DNA of 64,000 nucleotides from an uncultured Acidobacteriota bacterium (lineage in GTDB: Bacteria; Acidobacteriota; Terriglobia; Acidiferrales; UBA7541). A program made the translations under genes and the position numbers. The stretch spans positions 42,074 to 106,073 of the forward strand of contig CAWITC010000001.1 of assembly GCA_963838945.1 (NCBI GenBank), written 5' to 3'. Shown here piece by piece: positions 10,345-20,228 of the stretch (the first letter of the stretch is position 1; each line of letters starts with the position of its first letter). The notes beneath the pieces are model-generated. The model ran no database searches and had not been told where the DNA came from. It was given only the letters and a program-made list of their open reading frames with translations.

Positions 10345-11544
10345 TTACTCGTACCGCAATGATTCCGTTGGCTGCAAGCTCGACGCTTTACTGGCGGGAA
10401 GATATCCGAAAAAAATCCCCGTCGAGCAGGAAACCACAAGTGCCGCGGCGACGGCAATCCAAGGCACGGGCACGCGCAGACTGCCGGGGAGGAATGGCTG
10501 CACAAGCACCGGAATGCTCACGCCGGCAAATACACCAAGAATTGCGCCGACACCGCTGATCAAAGAGGACTCCAACAGGAACTGATACAGGATTTCTTTG
10601 CGCCGGGCGCCGATGGCGCGGCGGATGCCGATTTCGTGCGTTCTCTCGGTCACGGTGACGAGCATAATATTCATGATGCCAATCCCACTTACGATCAGCG
10701 CGACCAGAGCGATAAAGAGCAAGACAATCGAGAGCGCGTTTGAAATCTCGCGCGCGACATTCAGAATCCCGCTCAGGTTTAGAACGTCGAACGCCGCACC
10801 TTGCGGATGCCGCCCGAGCAGGATTTGCTCGACACGCTCAGTGGCGGAGGGGACCTGGTCAGCGGACGCCATTTGCACGTACGAACCGCCCAAGAAATTT
10901 TCTCCCGTGTAATACTGCATCAAAGTGAAGGGTATCGCGACAGAATTGCGCTGGACTTCCGACTGGCCGAAAGTGTCCACGCGCTCCCGGAAAACACCGA
11001 TCACTGTAAACGCCAGTTCATTCATCCTCAACGATTGGCCAACCGGGTTTTGGTTTGCAAATGCTTTTTTGGAAAGATCCTCGGTGATCAAGCACACCTT
11101 ATTGCGCAACTGCATATCGTCCTGGTCAAAATACCTTCCGGCCAAAATGACAAGTTGACGGATTTCCTGATAATCCTGCGTTACTCCGAGGAGCGTGGCG
11201 GAGTGCACCACACCGTTCACAACGATGGTGGCGTCCAGATCGCGAGTGCCCGCGACAGCGACCACACCGGGAATACTTCTTTGAATCTCCGCCAAATCGT
11301 CGAGATTGATCTCAAAACTAGGCGCAGTTGGACGTCCGGGAGTATGAGCCGCCGTCGCAATAATCAGATTGGAGCCGACGCCCTCGATGAGCCCGAGAAT
11401 GTACTGGCGACCGGTGAGAGAAATTGTTACCACGAGGACGATACAAGCGCTGCCGATTACTACGCCAATCATCGTCAGGAATGAGCGCATTTTGTTAGCG
11501 CGAAGCGCATCAATGACGACAACGAAAGTCTCTTTTCCGAGCAT
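10345..11544 (-). CDS. MacB/FtsX-type ABC transporter permease (no fused ATPase)
   Basis: ALRANKMRSFLTMIGVVIGSACIV N-terminal TM, a periplasmic core domain, and a C-terminal FtsX 3-TM bundle with RTHEIGIRRAIGARRKEI. Confidence 0.85.
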   Translation of the reverse strand: MLGKETFVVVIDALRANKMRSFLTMIGVVIGSACIVLVVTISLTGRQYILGLIEGVGSNLIIATAAHTPGRPTAPSFEINLDDLAEIQRSIPGVVAVAGTRDLDATIVVNGVVHSATLLGVTQDYQEIRQLVILAGRYFDQDDMQLRNKVCLITEDLSKKAFANQNPVGQSLRMNELAFTVIGVFRERVDTFGQSEVQRNSVAIPFTLMQYYTGENFLGGSYVQMASADQVPSATERVEQILLGRHPQGAAFDVLNLSGILNVAREISNALSIVLLFIALVALIVSGIGIMNIMLVTVTERTHEIGIRRAIGARRKEILYQFLLESSLISGVGAILGVFAGVSIPVLVQPFLPGSLRVPVPWIAVAAALVVSCSTGIFFGYLPASKASSLQPTESLRYE

Positions 11545-11698
11545 GATCTTTCACAGTGAGATTACCACAAGGCTTTCGGTGTGGGACTTATGACCGATCA
11601 TCTGCACAGAGGAACCGGAACCCAAACAGACTGGCTCTCTTTTTGCTGTAGATCAGCCTTTTCAGAAAGCAGATTTGACACAAATTTGCGGAATTGCA

Positions 11699-12685
11699 TC
11701 AGAATCCTGTGCGACTGAGCCCATCGTGCGCGGCCTTATCATTCGGATCGAGCTCAATCGCCGTGCGATACTCGAACGCAGCGGAATCGCGCCGGCCCAG
11801 CTTCTCGTACAACCTTCCGAGCCAACGGTGCGAAGCGGACGGCGAGGCGTGATCTTCCCTTCGCTGCGGTAGATTTGCCAGGTATGCTTTGAGGGATGTC
11901 TCCGCTTCCTGCAGACGGTCTCCCGCCAGAATGCCAGCCACGGCGCGGTAAAAGAGGACACGTGAGTCCGATGGCGAATTTTGTGGGATGGCCGCCAGGG
12001 CATTTCGTATTCCCGATGCATCCTCACGGCCCTCGTAATACTCCGCAATCTCTAGATAGGGGCCGGCCTGTTTAGGCTTCGCTGCGAGGACTGTCCTTAA
12101 TTCCTCCTCGGCGAGCCTCCATTTCTTCTTGTTCTCGTAGAATTCCATTTTCGCAAGGTCGGCTGCCACCGGATCAATAGCGGCCAATTTTGAAATCTGA
12201 GCTTCCGCCTTGTCTTCACCGCCGCCAGCGATTCCGGGCGCACGGAAGTAGAAGGAAATCAGATCCCGCTCAAAGCGAATGTTATTGGGATCGATCTGCA
12301 CGGCCTCCAGGAACTCATGGCCCGCCTTTCTCGCCAGCGCAAGCCCCGAAAACCAGTTACTGTGCTCAGCCCTGTGGCCGTAGGCCATGGCAAGGAAATG
12401 ATGGTAAGCGGCAACCCCGGGTTCCAAGTCGACGGCGCGCTCCGCGTTGTTCACCGCCTGGTCGTTATCGTGCAGCTCGAATGCGCATCGCCCAAGCCAG
12501 TAGAAGAGAATCGCACTCTGAGGAGTCTTGCTTATTTCCGGCCGGAGCAGCGCCTCTGCCTCTTTGTAATGGCCCTGATCGAAAAGATTCCTGGCGGCTT
12601 CCAGCGGTGTCTGCGCCCAAGTATTTCCGGCGAGACAAAAGAAGATCACGCACAGCAGGGTTGCGATGATTCTTGAGAGCTTCAT
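11699..12685 (-). CDS. secreted tetratricopeptide-repeat protein
   Basis: Signal peptide MKLSRIIATLLCVIFFCLAGNTWAQ followed by TPR-like helical repeats. ATGA overlap with the upstream adaptor gene. Confidence 0.75.
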   Translation of the reverse strand: MKLSRIIATLLCVIFFCLAGNTWAQTPLEAARNLFDQGHYKEAEALLRPEISKTPQSAILFYWLGRCAFELHDNDQAVNNAERAVDLEPGVAAYHHFLAMAYGHRAEHSNWFSGLALARKAGHEFLEAVQIDPNNIRFERDLISFYFRAPGIAGGGEDKAEAQISKLAAIDPVAADLAKMEFYENKKKWRLAEEELRTVLAAKPKQAGPYLEIAEYYEGREDASGIRNALAAIPQNSPSDSRVLFYRAVAGILAGDRLQEAETSLKAYLANLPQRREDHASPSASHRWLGRLYEKLGRRDSAAFEYRTAIELDPNDKAAHDGLSRTGF

Positions 12686-13929
12686 TCCGGTTTTATGATC
12701 TGAACCTTCATTCCGTCTTTCAAAGCCAGGTTACTGGGAAGGGCGATGAGTTCGCCTTCGCTCAAACCACTGACAATTTCATACGTTGTGGGATCGGCAA
12801 TCCCAATCTTGATTTCACGCTTGTGAAGACGAGTGGTGGGGCCGCCATCTTCGGCTACGAACACAAATCGGCGTGAACCTTCAAATACCACGGCGCCCCG
12901 CGGGGCCGTCAGAACATTCTCTTGCGTCCGGAGATGGATCCCCACGTTCACGTTTGTGTTTGGAATCAGCCGCTGATCATCATTGTTCAGCGGGCAGAGC
13001 AATTCACCGACGGTGCGCGTCCCATGCGCCACGACCTGGCGAGGGATCTGGTCCGTCTTACCAGTCCAGGAATGGTTGGGCAGCGCGTCCCAGGTTACGA
13101 CCAGTGTCTGCCCTGGTTCGAGCAAGCCGAGTTCCGGTTCATCCACAAACGCACGCACGCGAACGTGCTTCAAATCGGCAACCGCGGCAAGCAACTCGCC
13201 TTCCTTGATGGGATCGTTTACGTGTATGGGAAAGGAATATAGTGTCCCGTTGATCGGCGCCTTAACATGAGCGGATGCGAGCTTTTCCCGCAAATCACGC
13301 AAATTGTTCTGCGACTGCTGGACCAACAGGGCAATGCGGCCTTCATCAAGTTTTGCCTGCCGCACAAATTCCGTCCGGGCAGCCTGCAAGCGCCGCTGGT
13401 CCGCCTCCGTGCGAGCGAGGCTTGCGCCGGCATCCGTCAATTCTTGCCGAGTCGCCGCCTGCTGGGCTACAAGCTTTTCAAGCGAGGTGATATTGGCCTG
13501 CAAACGGTCATGCTCGACATTCGCTTTATGGATGTCACTGTCCAATTGCGCTAATTCCGCCAATTTTCCGCCGGACCGCGCAATTCGCAGATTCTCCTGG
13601 TTGTTCAGGAGCGCTTCTTTCTCACGGTCGATTTCCGCTTGAAGCTCCGAGTCGTCAAGATCAACCAGCGGCTGCCCCACTTTCACGAGTTGCCCTTCCT
13701 TGACGTGGACCTTTGTCACATGGCTGCTGACAAGCGACCGCATTTCATACGGCGTTATGGGTTCAATTCTTCCGTTCGTGGAGATGGCGGCGCTGAGGGT
13801 CGCCCGCGTAATCGCCTGGACAGGAACTTGTGGTATTGGTTTGCGCTCGCTGAGGACAACAACGACTACCACCGCCGCGATCGCCAGTCCCACGTAAAGC
13901 CAGGCACGCCTCGAGCGCTGTGTTTTCAT
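12682..13929 (-). CDS. efflux periplasmic adaptor subunit (HlyD/MacA family)
   Basis: N-terminal TM, lipoyl-like VTKVHVKEGQLVKVGQPLVDLD, a long coiled coil, and beta-barrel/MP domains. Confidence 0.85.
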   Translation of the reverse strand: MKTQRSRRAWLYVGLAIAAVVVVVVLSERKPIPQVPVQAITRATLSAAISTNGRIEPITPYEMRSLVSSHVTKVHVKEGQLVKVGQPLVDLDDSELQAEIDREKEALLNNQENLRIARSGGKLAELAQLDSDIHKANVEHDRLQANITSLEKLVAQQAATRQELTDAGASLARTEADQRRLQAARTEFVRQAKLDEGRIALLVQQSQNNLRDLREKLASAHVKAPINGTLYSFPIHVNDPIKEGELLAAVADLKHVRVRAFVDEPELGLLEPGQTLVVTWDALPNHSWTGKTDQIPRQVVAHGTRTVGELLCPLNNDDQRLIPNTNVNVGIHLRTQENVLTAPRGAVVFEGSRRFVFVAEDGGPTTRLHKREIKIGIADPTTYEIVSGLSEGELIALPSNLALKDGMKVQIIKPE

Positions 13930-14154
13930 CCAACCCTCAAGCTATCTGCGGTTTCCCCGAACGACGAAGATACAATCTATTCTAACAAACCGCCTTCGGC
14001 CAGGCTACGCTGTATTCCGTTCCTGACCTTTCCATTGGGAATCACCACCGTGTCATGTCACGCGTAAAAAGATGCGAAAAAGCTCCCTTTGGATTTTGTG
14101 AAAGGCTCCCGTGAGGCGGTGCGCGATCCGGGCCGGGCATGATAATATCCTCAC

Positions 14155-14313
14155 ATGACGACGCAAGATAACGTCCATGCAAACCCGGAAGTCAAGCCCG
14201 ACCGGCATCCTCTGCCGGTGCTCCATCGCGTCTGTATTCAATGCAATAACATGTTCCGCGTCACCCCGGATCAATTCGACGCCAAGCAGTGCCCCAATTG
14301 CCATAAAGGCTGA
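14155..14313 (+). CDS. small zinc-ribbon protein (52 aa), not in the ORF track
   Basis: MTTQDNVHANPEVKPDRHPLPVLHRVCIQCNNMFRVTPDQFDAKQCPNCHKG has CxxC...CxxC. TAATAT ends 7 nt before the ATG, so the transcript may be leaderless. Confidence 0.4.
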   Translation: MTTQDNVHANPEVKPDRHPLPVLHRVCIQCNNMFRVTPDQFDAKQCPNCHKG

Positions 14314-14410
14314 GCTGAATTGATATTTGCCGGGGCCCGGTGCGTTACACAAATGAGGACGGTCTTCTCCTTCTAAGACTTGAATCACGCGGCAGGAAGG
14401 CTGGTTAGGC

Positions 14411-15169
14411 ATGATCGAAGCTGAAAGACTGTGCAAATTCTTCCAGGACAAAAAACGCGGCGAAGTCCGCGCCGTGAACGAAGTCAGCTTCGTTTGTAAA
14501 CCAGGCCAGATCTACGGGCTGCTCGGCGCCAATGGTGCGGGGAAGACGACCACGCTTCGCATGCTTGCAACGATCCTCGAGCCTACCAGCGGGACAGCGC
14601 GGGTCGCGGGATTCGACTTGATGAAAGATCCCGAGAATGTCCGCGCAAATGTCGGATTCCTTTCCACGGCAACCGCTCTGTACGGGCGGCTAACCGCGCA
14701 GGAAATGGTCGAATACTTCGGACGCCTGTACGGGCTGGATGACGCCACGATCGAGCGCCGCATCGATCAAATTTTCACGCGCCTTGAAATGGATGACTTT
14801 CGGGACCGCCGCTGCGACAAGCTTTCCACGGGCATGAAGCAAAAGGTCTCGATCGCGCGCACGCTCGTCCATGACCCACCGGTGATGATTTTTGATGAGC
14901 CTACCATCGGACTGGACGTGATGGCGGCTCGCACGATCGTGCAATTCATTCGAGAATGCCGCGACCACGGCAAAACAGTGATTTTTTCCACACATGTGAT
15001 GAGCGAAGTCGAAAAACTCTGCGACAACATCGGGATTATTCATGGCGGCATCTTGCTGGCTGAGGGCACTCTCGCGGATCTGCGCCAGTGCTACGCGTTG
15101 CAGGATCTCGAGGATATTTTCGTTAAGGTCGTCGAACCTCACATGGTGAAGGAGACGATGGCATCATGA
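14411..15169 (+). CDS. ABC transporter ATP-binding protein (ABC-2/NatA-like)
   Basis: Walker [10 protein letters not shown], signature LSTGMKQK, Walker B VMIFDEP. Confidence 0.9.
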   Translation: MIEAERLCKFFQDKKRGEVRAVNEVSFVCKPGQIYGLLGANGAGKTTTLRMLATILEPTSGTARVAGFDLMKDPENVRANVGFLSTATALYGRLTAQEMVEYFGRLYGLDDATIERRIDQIFTRLEMDDFRDRRCDKLSTGMKQKVSIARTLVHDPPVMIFDEPTIGLDVMAARTIVQFIRECRDHGKTVIFSTHVMSEVEKLCDNIGIIHGGILLAEGTLADLRQCYALQDLEDIFVKVVEPHMVKETMAS

Positions 15170-16374
15170 AGCTGCGAAACATCTGGATCGTCTACCGTAA
15201 GGAACTAAGGGATTCACTCCGGGATCGCCGCACTTTAGTCGCCATGATCGTTGTGCCGATTCTCATCATGCCTTTGCTCACGATAGGCAGCCTCGTGCTC
15301 GTGACGATGATCATTGGAGAAGCCAAAAAAGAAGTCTCAACAGTGATGATCCTGGGGGGCGCGGACTCGCCAAGAACTATGAATGATCTTCGGAACGTAA
15401 AGACAATTGCGGTACAGGAAGGCACCGCCGACTACGTCCAGAAGATTTCAGATAAGAAGGTGCGCGCCGCAGTTGAAATTCCCTCTGGATTTGATGCGGC
15501 ACTGGCGGGCAATGAGCAACTCACCGTTAATATCTACGACTATGAGGGTGACCTTAAGTCTGGAGTTGCCACCGACAAGCTAATGAAATTCTTCGATGAC
15601 CTTAGCAGCCGGATTGTTCAGGAGAGGTTGGCAGAGAAGAATCTTCCGGCAACGATGGTCAAGCCCTTCAAGCTGAAAACTCAGAACGTCGCATCACCCG
15701 AAAAGGAATTCGGGGCGATTCTGGGCGGGTTTATCCCCTATTTCGTCATCATTCTGAGCTTGACGGGGGCGATGTATCCAGCCATTGATCTTACCGCGGG
15801 AGAGAAAGAACGCGGCACAATCGAAACCATTCTTTGCAGCCGCGTCTCCAGAACACATCTCGTCCTGGGAAAGTTTTTCATGGTCTTAACCGCTTCGCTG
15901 ACCACGGCCATTCTCGCGATGATCTCCATGGGTGGGTCATTCCAAGTCGCCAAGTTGATACTCGCGGGGATGCCCAGTGACACGGCTAATCCACTGAATT
16001 TTTCGATCGGAATCAAAGCCATTATTGCTGTATTCTTAATGGCTCTGCCAATTACGGTCTTCTTTTCCGCGGCGCTCCTGGCCATCGCGCTTTTGGCAAA
16101 GAGTTACAAGGAGGCGCAGAGTTATATTTCTCCTTTGATGATTGTGGTAATCTTGCCAGCAATTGTTGGGATGATGCCCGGAGCAGAGCTCACTAACCGA
16201 CTATCATTGATTCCGGTGCTCAACATGACGCTTGTGTGCAAGGAGATTGTCTCGGGCACGTATCACTGGAACCAGATCGGCATAATTTTCCTCTCCACAT
16301 GCGTGTACGCTGCAGCGGCGCTCTTCATCGCGGTGAAGCAGTTCAATCGCGAAGAGGTATTGTTCCGAACCTAG
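15166..16374 (+). CDS. ABC-2 type transporter permease (NatB-like)
   Basis: 4-nt overlap with the ATPase gene. N-terminal TM, a large extracytoplasmic loop and a C-terminal multi-TM bundle. Confidence 0.8.
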   Translation: MKLRNIWIVYRKELRDSLRDRRTLVAMIVVPILIMPLLTIGSLVLVTMIIGEAKKEVSTVMILGGADSPRTMNDLRNVKTIAVQEGTADYVQKISDKKVRAAVEIPSGFDAALAGNEQLTVNIYDYEGDLKSGVATDKLMKFFDDLSSRIVQERLAEKNLPATMVKPFKLKTQNVASPEKEFGAILGGFIPYFVIILSLTGAMYPAIDLTAGEKERGTIETILCSRVSRTHLVLGKFFMVLTASLTTAILAMISMGGSFQVAKLILAGMPSDTANPLNFSIGIKAIIAVFLMALPITVFFSAALLAIALLAKSYKEAQSYISPLMIVVILPAIVGMMPGAELTNRLSLIPVLNMTLVCKEIVSGTYHWNQIGIIFLSTCVYAAAALFIAVKQFNREEVLFRT

Positions 16375-16484
16375 GTAAGCGCCATAAAAACAAGGGAATC
16401 GGCCGCACCGTCACACGAAGCTTCCAGCCGAAGCATCGTTGCCGCCCTGCCCCAGCGCTTTCTCCGTGCTAGAATTCGCATTTC

Positions 16485-17528
16485 ATGTCTGACCAGCCGC
16501 TGATTTCGGTCCGAGACCTCTGCAAACACTTCCGGACATTTCGCCGCCGCGAGGGCCTGTGGGGCGGCATCCAAAACCTGTTTGTGCGCGAATATCAGTC
16601 CGTTCGCGCCGTGGACAAAATCAATTTTGCGATCGAGCCGGGTGAAATGGTCGGCTATATCGGCCCGAATGGGGCGGGAAAGTCCACGACCATCAAAATG
16701 CTCACGGGGATCCTGGTTCCCACTTCCGGCGAAATCCGCGCGAATGGATTTGTGCCCTGGAAGCAGCGCACGGCATATGTGAAGAGCATCGGCGTCGTGT
16801 TCGGCCAGCGCACGCAGCTCTGGTGGGACATTGCCGTCGTCGAGTCCTTCAAAATGCTGCGCCGGATCTATGGCGTCTCACAACGTGATTTTGATGAGCG
16901 CATGGAGCTTTTCCACAAGGTCCTCGCCATCGGGGATTATCTGAACACTCCGGTGCGCAAGCTTTCCCTCGGCGAGCGCATGCGGTGCGATCTGGCCGCG
17001 GCGCTGCTCCACAATCCCCCAATTCTTTTTCTCGATGAGCCAACTATCGGCCTCGACGTCGTCGCCAAGGATCACATACGGCAATTTCTGCGCGCCATCA
17101 ACAAGCGTTATAAGACGACGGTTCTGCTCACGACGCACGACCTCGACGACATCGAGGAGCTTTGCCGCCGCATTATGATCATCGACCGCGGACAATTGCT
17201 TTACGACGGCCCTCTTTCGCATCTAAAGCAAAAACTCTTGCGTACCAAGCAGATCAAATTTGCGCTGCGCAGCAGCGAATCCGCCGCAGCGCTCAGCCGC
17301 GCGCTTACCTCCGAAGGGCTGGAAGCCGAGCCGGTGGACGAGTTGACCTACCGCGTTCGCTTCGACAAAACGCGCGTCTCCACCGCCGAACTTATCCGCA
17401 AGATTCTTGCCGCGGGCGAGGTGCGCGACCTCCTGATCGAAGAAGAGCCCATCGAGGAAATCATCAAGCGCATTTACGCCGGCGAAGCTGTCGCGGAGGC
17501 GCCCGCGGGAGCGCATCGCGCATCATGA
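16485..17528 (+). CDS. ABC transporter ATP-binding protein
   Basis: Walker A GPNGAGKST, signature LSLGERMR, Walker B ILFLDEP, plus a C-terminal extension. Confidence 0.9.
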   Translation: MSDQPLISVRDLCKHFRTFRRREGLWGGIQNLFVREYQSVRAVDKINFAIEPGEMVGYIGPNGAGKSTTIKMLTGILVPTSGEIRANGFVPWKQRTAYVKSIGVVFGQRTQLWWDIAVVESFKMLRRIYGVSQRDFDERMELFHKVLAIGDYLNTPVRKLSLGERMRCDLAAALLHNPPILFLDEPTIGLDVVAKDHIRQFLRAINKRYKTTVLLTTHDLDDIEELCRRIMIIDRGQLLYDGPLSHLKQKLLRTKQIKFALRSSESAAALSRALTSEGLEAEPVDELTYRVRFDKTRVSTAELIRKILAAGEVRDLLIEEEPIEEIIKRIYAGEAVAEAPAGAHRAS

Positions 17529-18367
17529 GCAGCAGCGTACAAGCGCTTGCGCCTTACGCCGAGTTCACTCGCATCGGCTTCGTCAATATCCTGGCCTTTC
17601 GTCTGCGCTACTACATGGGCATCCTCACCTACCTTATCAACGTGACGGTCTATTACTTCATCTGGACGGCGGTGTTTCGGTCATCGGCCGGCACGACATC
17701 CGGAAATCTCGCGACCGCGACGCTCAACGGTTACACACTGGCGCAGATGCTGACTTACGTCGCCGTCGGCTGGATCATCCGCTCGCTCTACTGGAACACA
17801 ATTGATCAGGAAATGGCCTATGAGGTGATCGAGGGGAAGATTGCGATGGACTTCATAAAGCCGGTTTCGATCCAGTGGATGTGGATATGCCGCGCTCTTG
17901 GCGAAACCGGATTCCGGCTGCTTCTTCTGACCGCGCCGACCTCCATCGCCATCGCGTTGCTATTTCCGGTAAAACTCCCCGCCTCGACTGCGAATTTTGC
18001 GCTTTTCCTCCTGGCCGTGGCCGGCAGCATCCTGCTGATGAGCGCCATCAACTTTATGATTGGCACATGCGCTATCCCGCTGAAATCGATTCTGGCGCTG
18101 ATCCGCGCGAAGTACTGGCTGATTGAATTACTGAGCGGCCTGCTCGTCCCTTTGACCTACTTTCCAAAGACGCTGCAGAGGATTGCCTCGTGGCTGCCCT
18201 TCGAGCACATCGCCTACACGCCGCTGCAAATCTACCTGGGCAAATTGAGTGGAGTGGAAGCCGCAAAGGCGCTCGCCGCGCAGTGGATATGGATTGCACT
18301 CTTGCTGTGGGCAGGCAGCGCGTGGTGGAGCCGCGCCACGCGCAAGATCACTATTCATGGTGGATAA
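17525..18367 (+). CDS. ABC-2 family transporter permease
   Basis: ATG at 17525 overlaps the ATPase stop (ATGA). 280-aa multi-TM protein (MSSSVQALAPYAEFTRIGFVNILAFRLRYY...). Confidence 0.75.
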   Translation: MSSSVQALAPYAEFTRIGFVNILAFRLRYYMGILTYLINVTVYYFIWTAVFRSSAGTTSGNLATATLNGYTLAQMLTYVAVGWIIRSLYWNTIDQEMAYEVIEGKIAMDFIKPVSIQWMWICRALGETGFRLLLLTAPTSIAIALLFPVKLPASTANFALFLLAVAGSILLMSAINFMIGTCAIPLKSILALIRAKYWLIELLSGLLVPLTYFPKTLQRIASWLPFEHIAYTPLQIYLGKLSGVEAAKALAAQWIWIALLLWAGSAWWSRATRKITIHGG

Positions 18368-18527
18368 CCAATGGACCGGTTTTTCAAATCTCTAAAGCTG
18401 CACACAGAGCCTCCTCGGCGAGTACTTTGTCCAATTTCTGAAGGTCCGCGTAAGCTATCGAGGCGATTTCCTCGTCAGTCTTGCAACTAGCACAGCCGCT
18501 ACTGTCTTCGCTTTCACGTTTGTCTAT

Positions 18528-19181
18528 GTGCTGTTTCGGAAAGTGAATCTAAGCGGCTGGCGATTTGAGGAAATTCTTTTTCTCTACGGCTTCTCGCTCA
18601 TTCCCTTCGGGCTGTTCAACGTCCTAAGCCTCAACCTCTACGAGTTCGGCAACACCTATATTATGGAAGGAAAATTTGACCGCGTCCTGCTCCGTCCGGT
18701 GAATTCCCTTTTTCAGGTTCTCTTTGAGAATTTCCGCATCGAGTCCTTTTTTGAAGCGTTTACCGGCGTGGGGATCGTCATCTGGATGGTTGTCGCGATG
18801 CATTTGGACTGGGGCATGGCGGACATCCTGCGATTGGTGCTTTTCGGCATCTGCGGGGCCATCATCTACGTGTCTGTCTTTCTCGCTCTCAGCACTTGTT
18901 CCTTCTGGTTTGAGGACCGCGTCGGTGTCCATCCGCCGTTCTGGAATCTGCTGGCCTTTGGGCGCTACCCGATGTCCATCTACTCCGGCTACATTCAATT
19001 CATTCTGAGCTGGATCGTGCCCTTCGGATTCGCCACGTTTTATCCCGGTGCGCGCTTGCTCGCGCATGGCGAATGGCGCCAGTTTGCGTTCTACGTTCCA
19101 TTCGTGGCGGCGGCGTGCTCGGTGCTCGCGTGTCTTGTTTGGAGCCGCGGCGTCCGCCACTATTCCTCCACCGGGTCGTAA
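18528..19181 (+). CDS. ABC-2 family transporter permease (N-terminus probably lost to a frameshift; likely true start ATG 18371)
   Basis: Multi-TM ORF. The same frame stays open and TM-like back to 18396 without a start codon. A well-placed ATG at 18371 is in another frame. Confidence 0.7.
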   Translation: MLFRKVNLSGWRFEEILFLYGFSLIPFGLFNVLSLNLYEFGNTYIMEGKFDRVLLRPVNSLFQVLFENFRIESFFEAFTGVGIVIWMVVAMHLDWGMADILRLVLFGICGAIIYVSVFLALSTCSFWFEDRVGVHPPFWNLLAFGRYPMSIYSGYIQFILSWIVPFGFATFYPGARLLAHGEWRQFAFYVPFVAAACSVLACLVWSRGVRHYSSTGS

Positions 19182-19271
19182 GTCAACGCGCGCTCGAATC
19201 GCTTCGGACGCCCAACGTACGAAGCCCGAACCTCGCTCGCCCCGCATGCGTATCAATAGAGAGAGGCCCCT

Positions 19272-20228
19272 GTGAAGCGCTGGATACGATGGACCTGCGC
19301 AGTCTTGGTGCTGCCATCCCTGCTCTCGATCCCCGTGGGCTATTGGATGGCAGCGGGAGCCTTACACCCTCCTCGGCGCCCTTTGACTCCCCAAATGATT
19401 ACGCAGGCGGACGTTGTTTTCCGCGAGGCTGGCGCTATGAGAGAAGATATGAATGTCACCGCTTCGGATGGAACGATTCTCCGTGGTTGGCTCGTCCGCC
19501 CCGCGACAGGCTTATCTGGCGGGAAAGAACCCTATGACTGGGTGCTTGTTCTTCACGGGATTGCCGACAATCGGATGGGTGTATTTGACCACGCAGCATT
19601 CCTCATTCGCGCGGGTTATGGCGTCGCGATGATGGACTCCCGCGCGCACGGCGAAAGCGGTGGCGCAATGGCCACTCTTGGCTGGAAAGAACGCGAGGAT
19701 GTCCGCGTCATCATCTCGGCTCTCGAAAACCGGGAACGCGTTCGCTGCATTTTTGTGCTGGGCGTTTCCATGGGAGCATCGATTGCACTGCAAGCCGCTG
19801 CCGCGGACCCGAGAATCGCCGGTGTCATCGCGGAAGCTCCGTTCCGCTCCCTTCGGGAGGCCAGCTACGATTATGCGGGCTTTCACGTGAGCCCATGGCT
19901 CGCGCGAATCCCTCTGCGTCCGGGAGTCGAAGTCGGCCTGCGGGCACTCCAACACGAATCCGGCCTCAGCGTGCAAGCGATTTCTCCCGAACGCTCGGTT
20001 TCCGCGAGGGCGTTTCCGGTTTTCCTCATCAGCGATGGTGATGATGAAACGCTGCCCGCGCGGCATGCGAAGGCGATCTACGAAGCTGCGAATGGCCCCA
20101 AGCGGATTTGGATTGTGCCGCACGCGCCCCATGCCTCTGGAATCGGGATGGCGTCAGGTGAGTATGAGTCGCGCTGTCTGGATTTCTTGCGCGGGATTGA
20201 GTGCAGCGGGAATTCGAGGGCGCGCTAG
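19272..20228 (+). CDS. alpha/beta hydrolase
   Basis: Signal/TM N-terminus, nucleophile elbow GVSMGAS (GxSxG), and C-terminal acid/His region (ISDGDDE..., PHAPHAS). Confidence 0.8.
   Translation: MKRWIRWTCAVLVLPSLLSIPVGYWMAAGALHPPRRPLTPQMITQADVVFREAGAMREDMNVTASDGTILRGWLVRPATGLSGGKEPYDWVLVLHGIADNRMGVFDHAAFLIRAGYGVAMMDSRAHGESGGAMATLGWKEREDVRVIISALENRERVRCIFVLGVSMGASIALQAAAADPRIAGVIAEAPFRSLREASYDYAGFHVSPWLARIPLRPGVEVGLRALQHESGLSVQAISPERSVSARAFPVFLISDGDDETLPARHAKAIYEAANGPKRIWIVPHAPHASGIGMASGEYESRCLDFLRGIECSGNSRAR

Noticed and set aside
14053-14451. 132-aa minus-strand ORF opposite the zinc-ribbon ORF and the ABC ATPase start
   Set aside because: It is Arg/His-rich with no motif. It overlaps two better-supported plus-strand genes.
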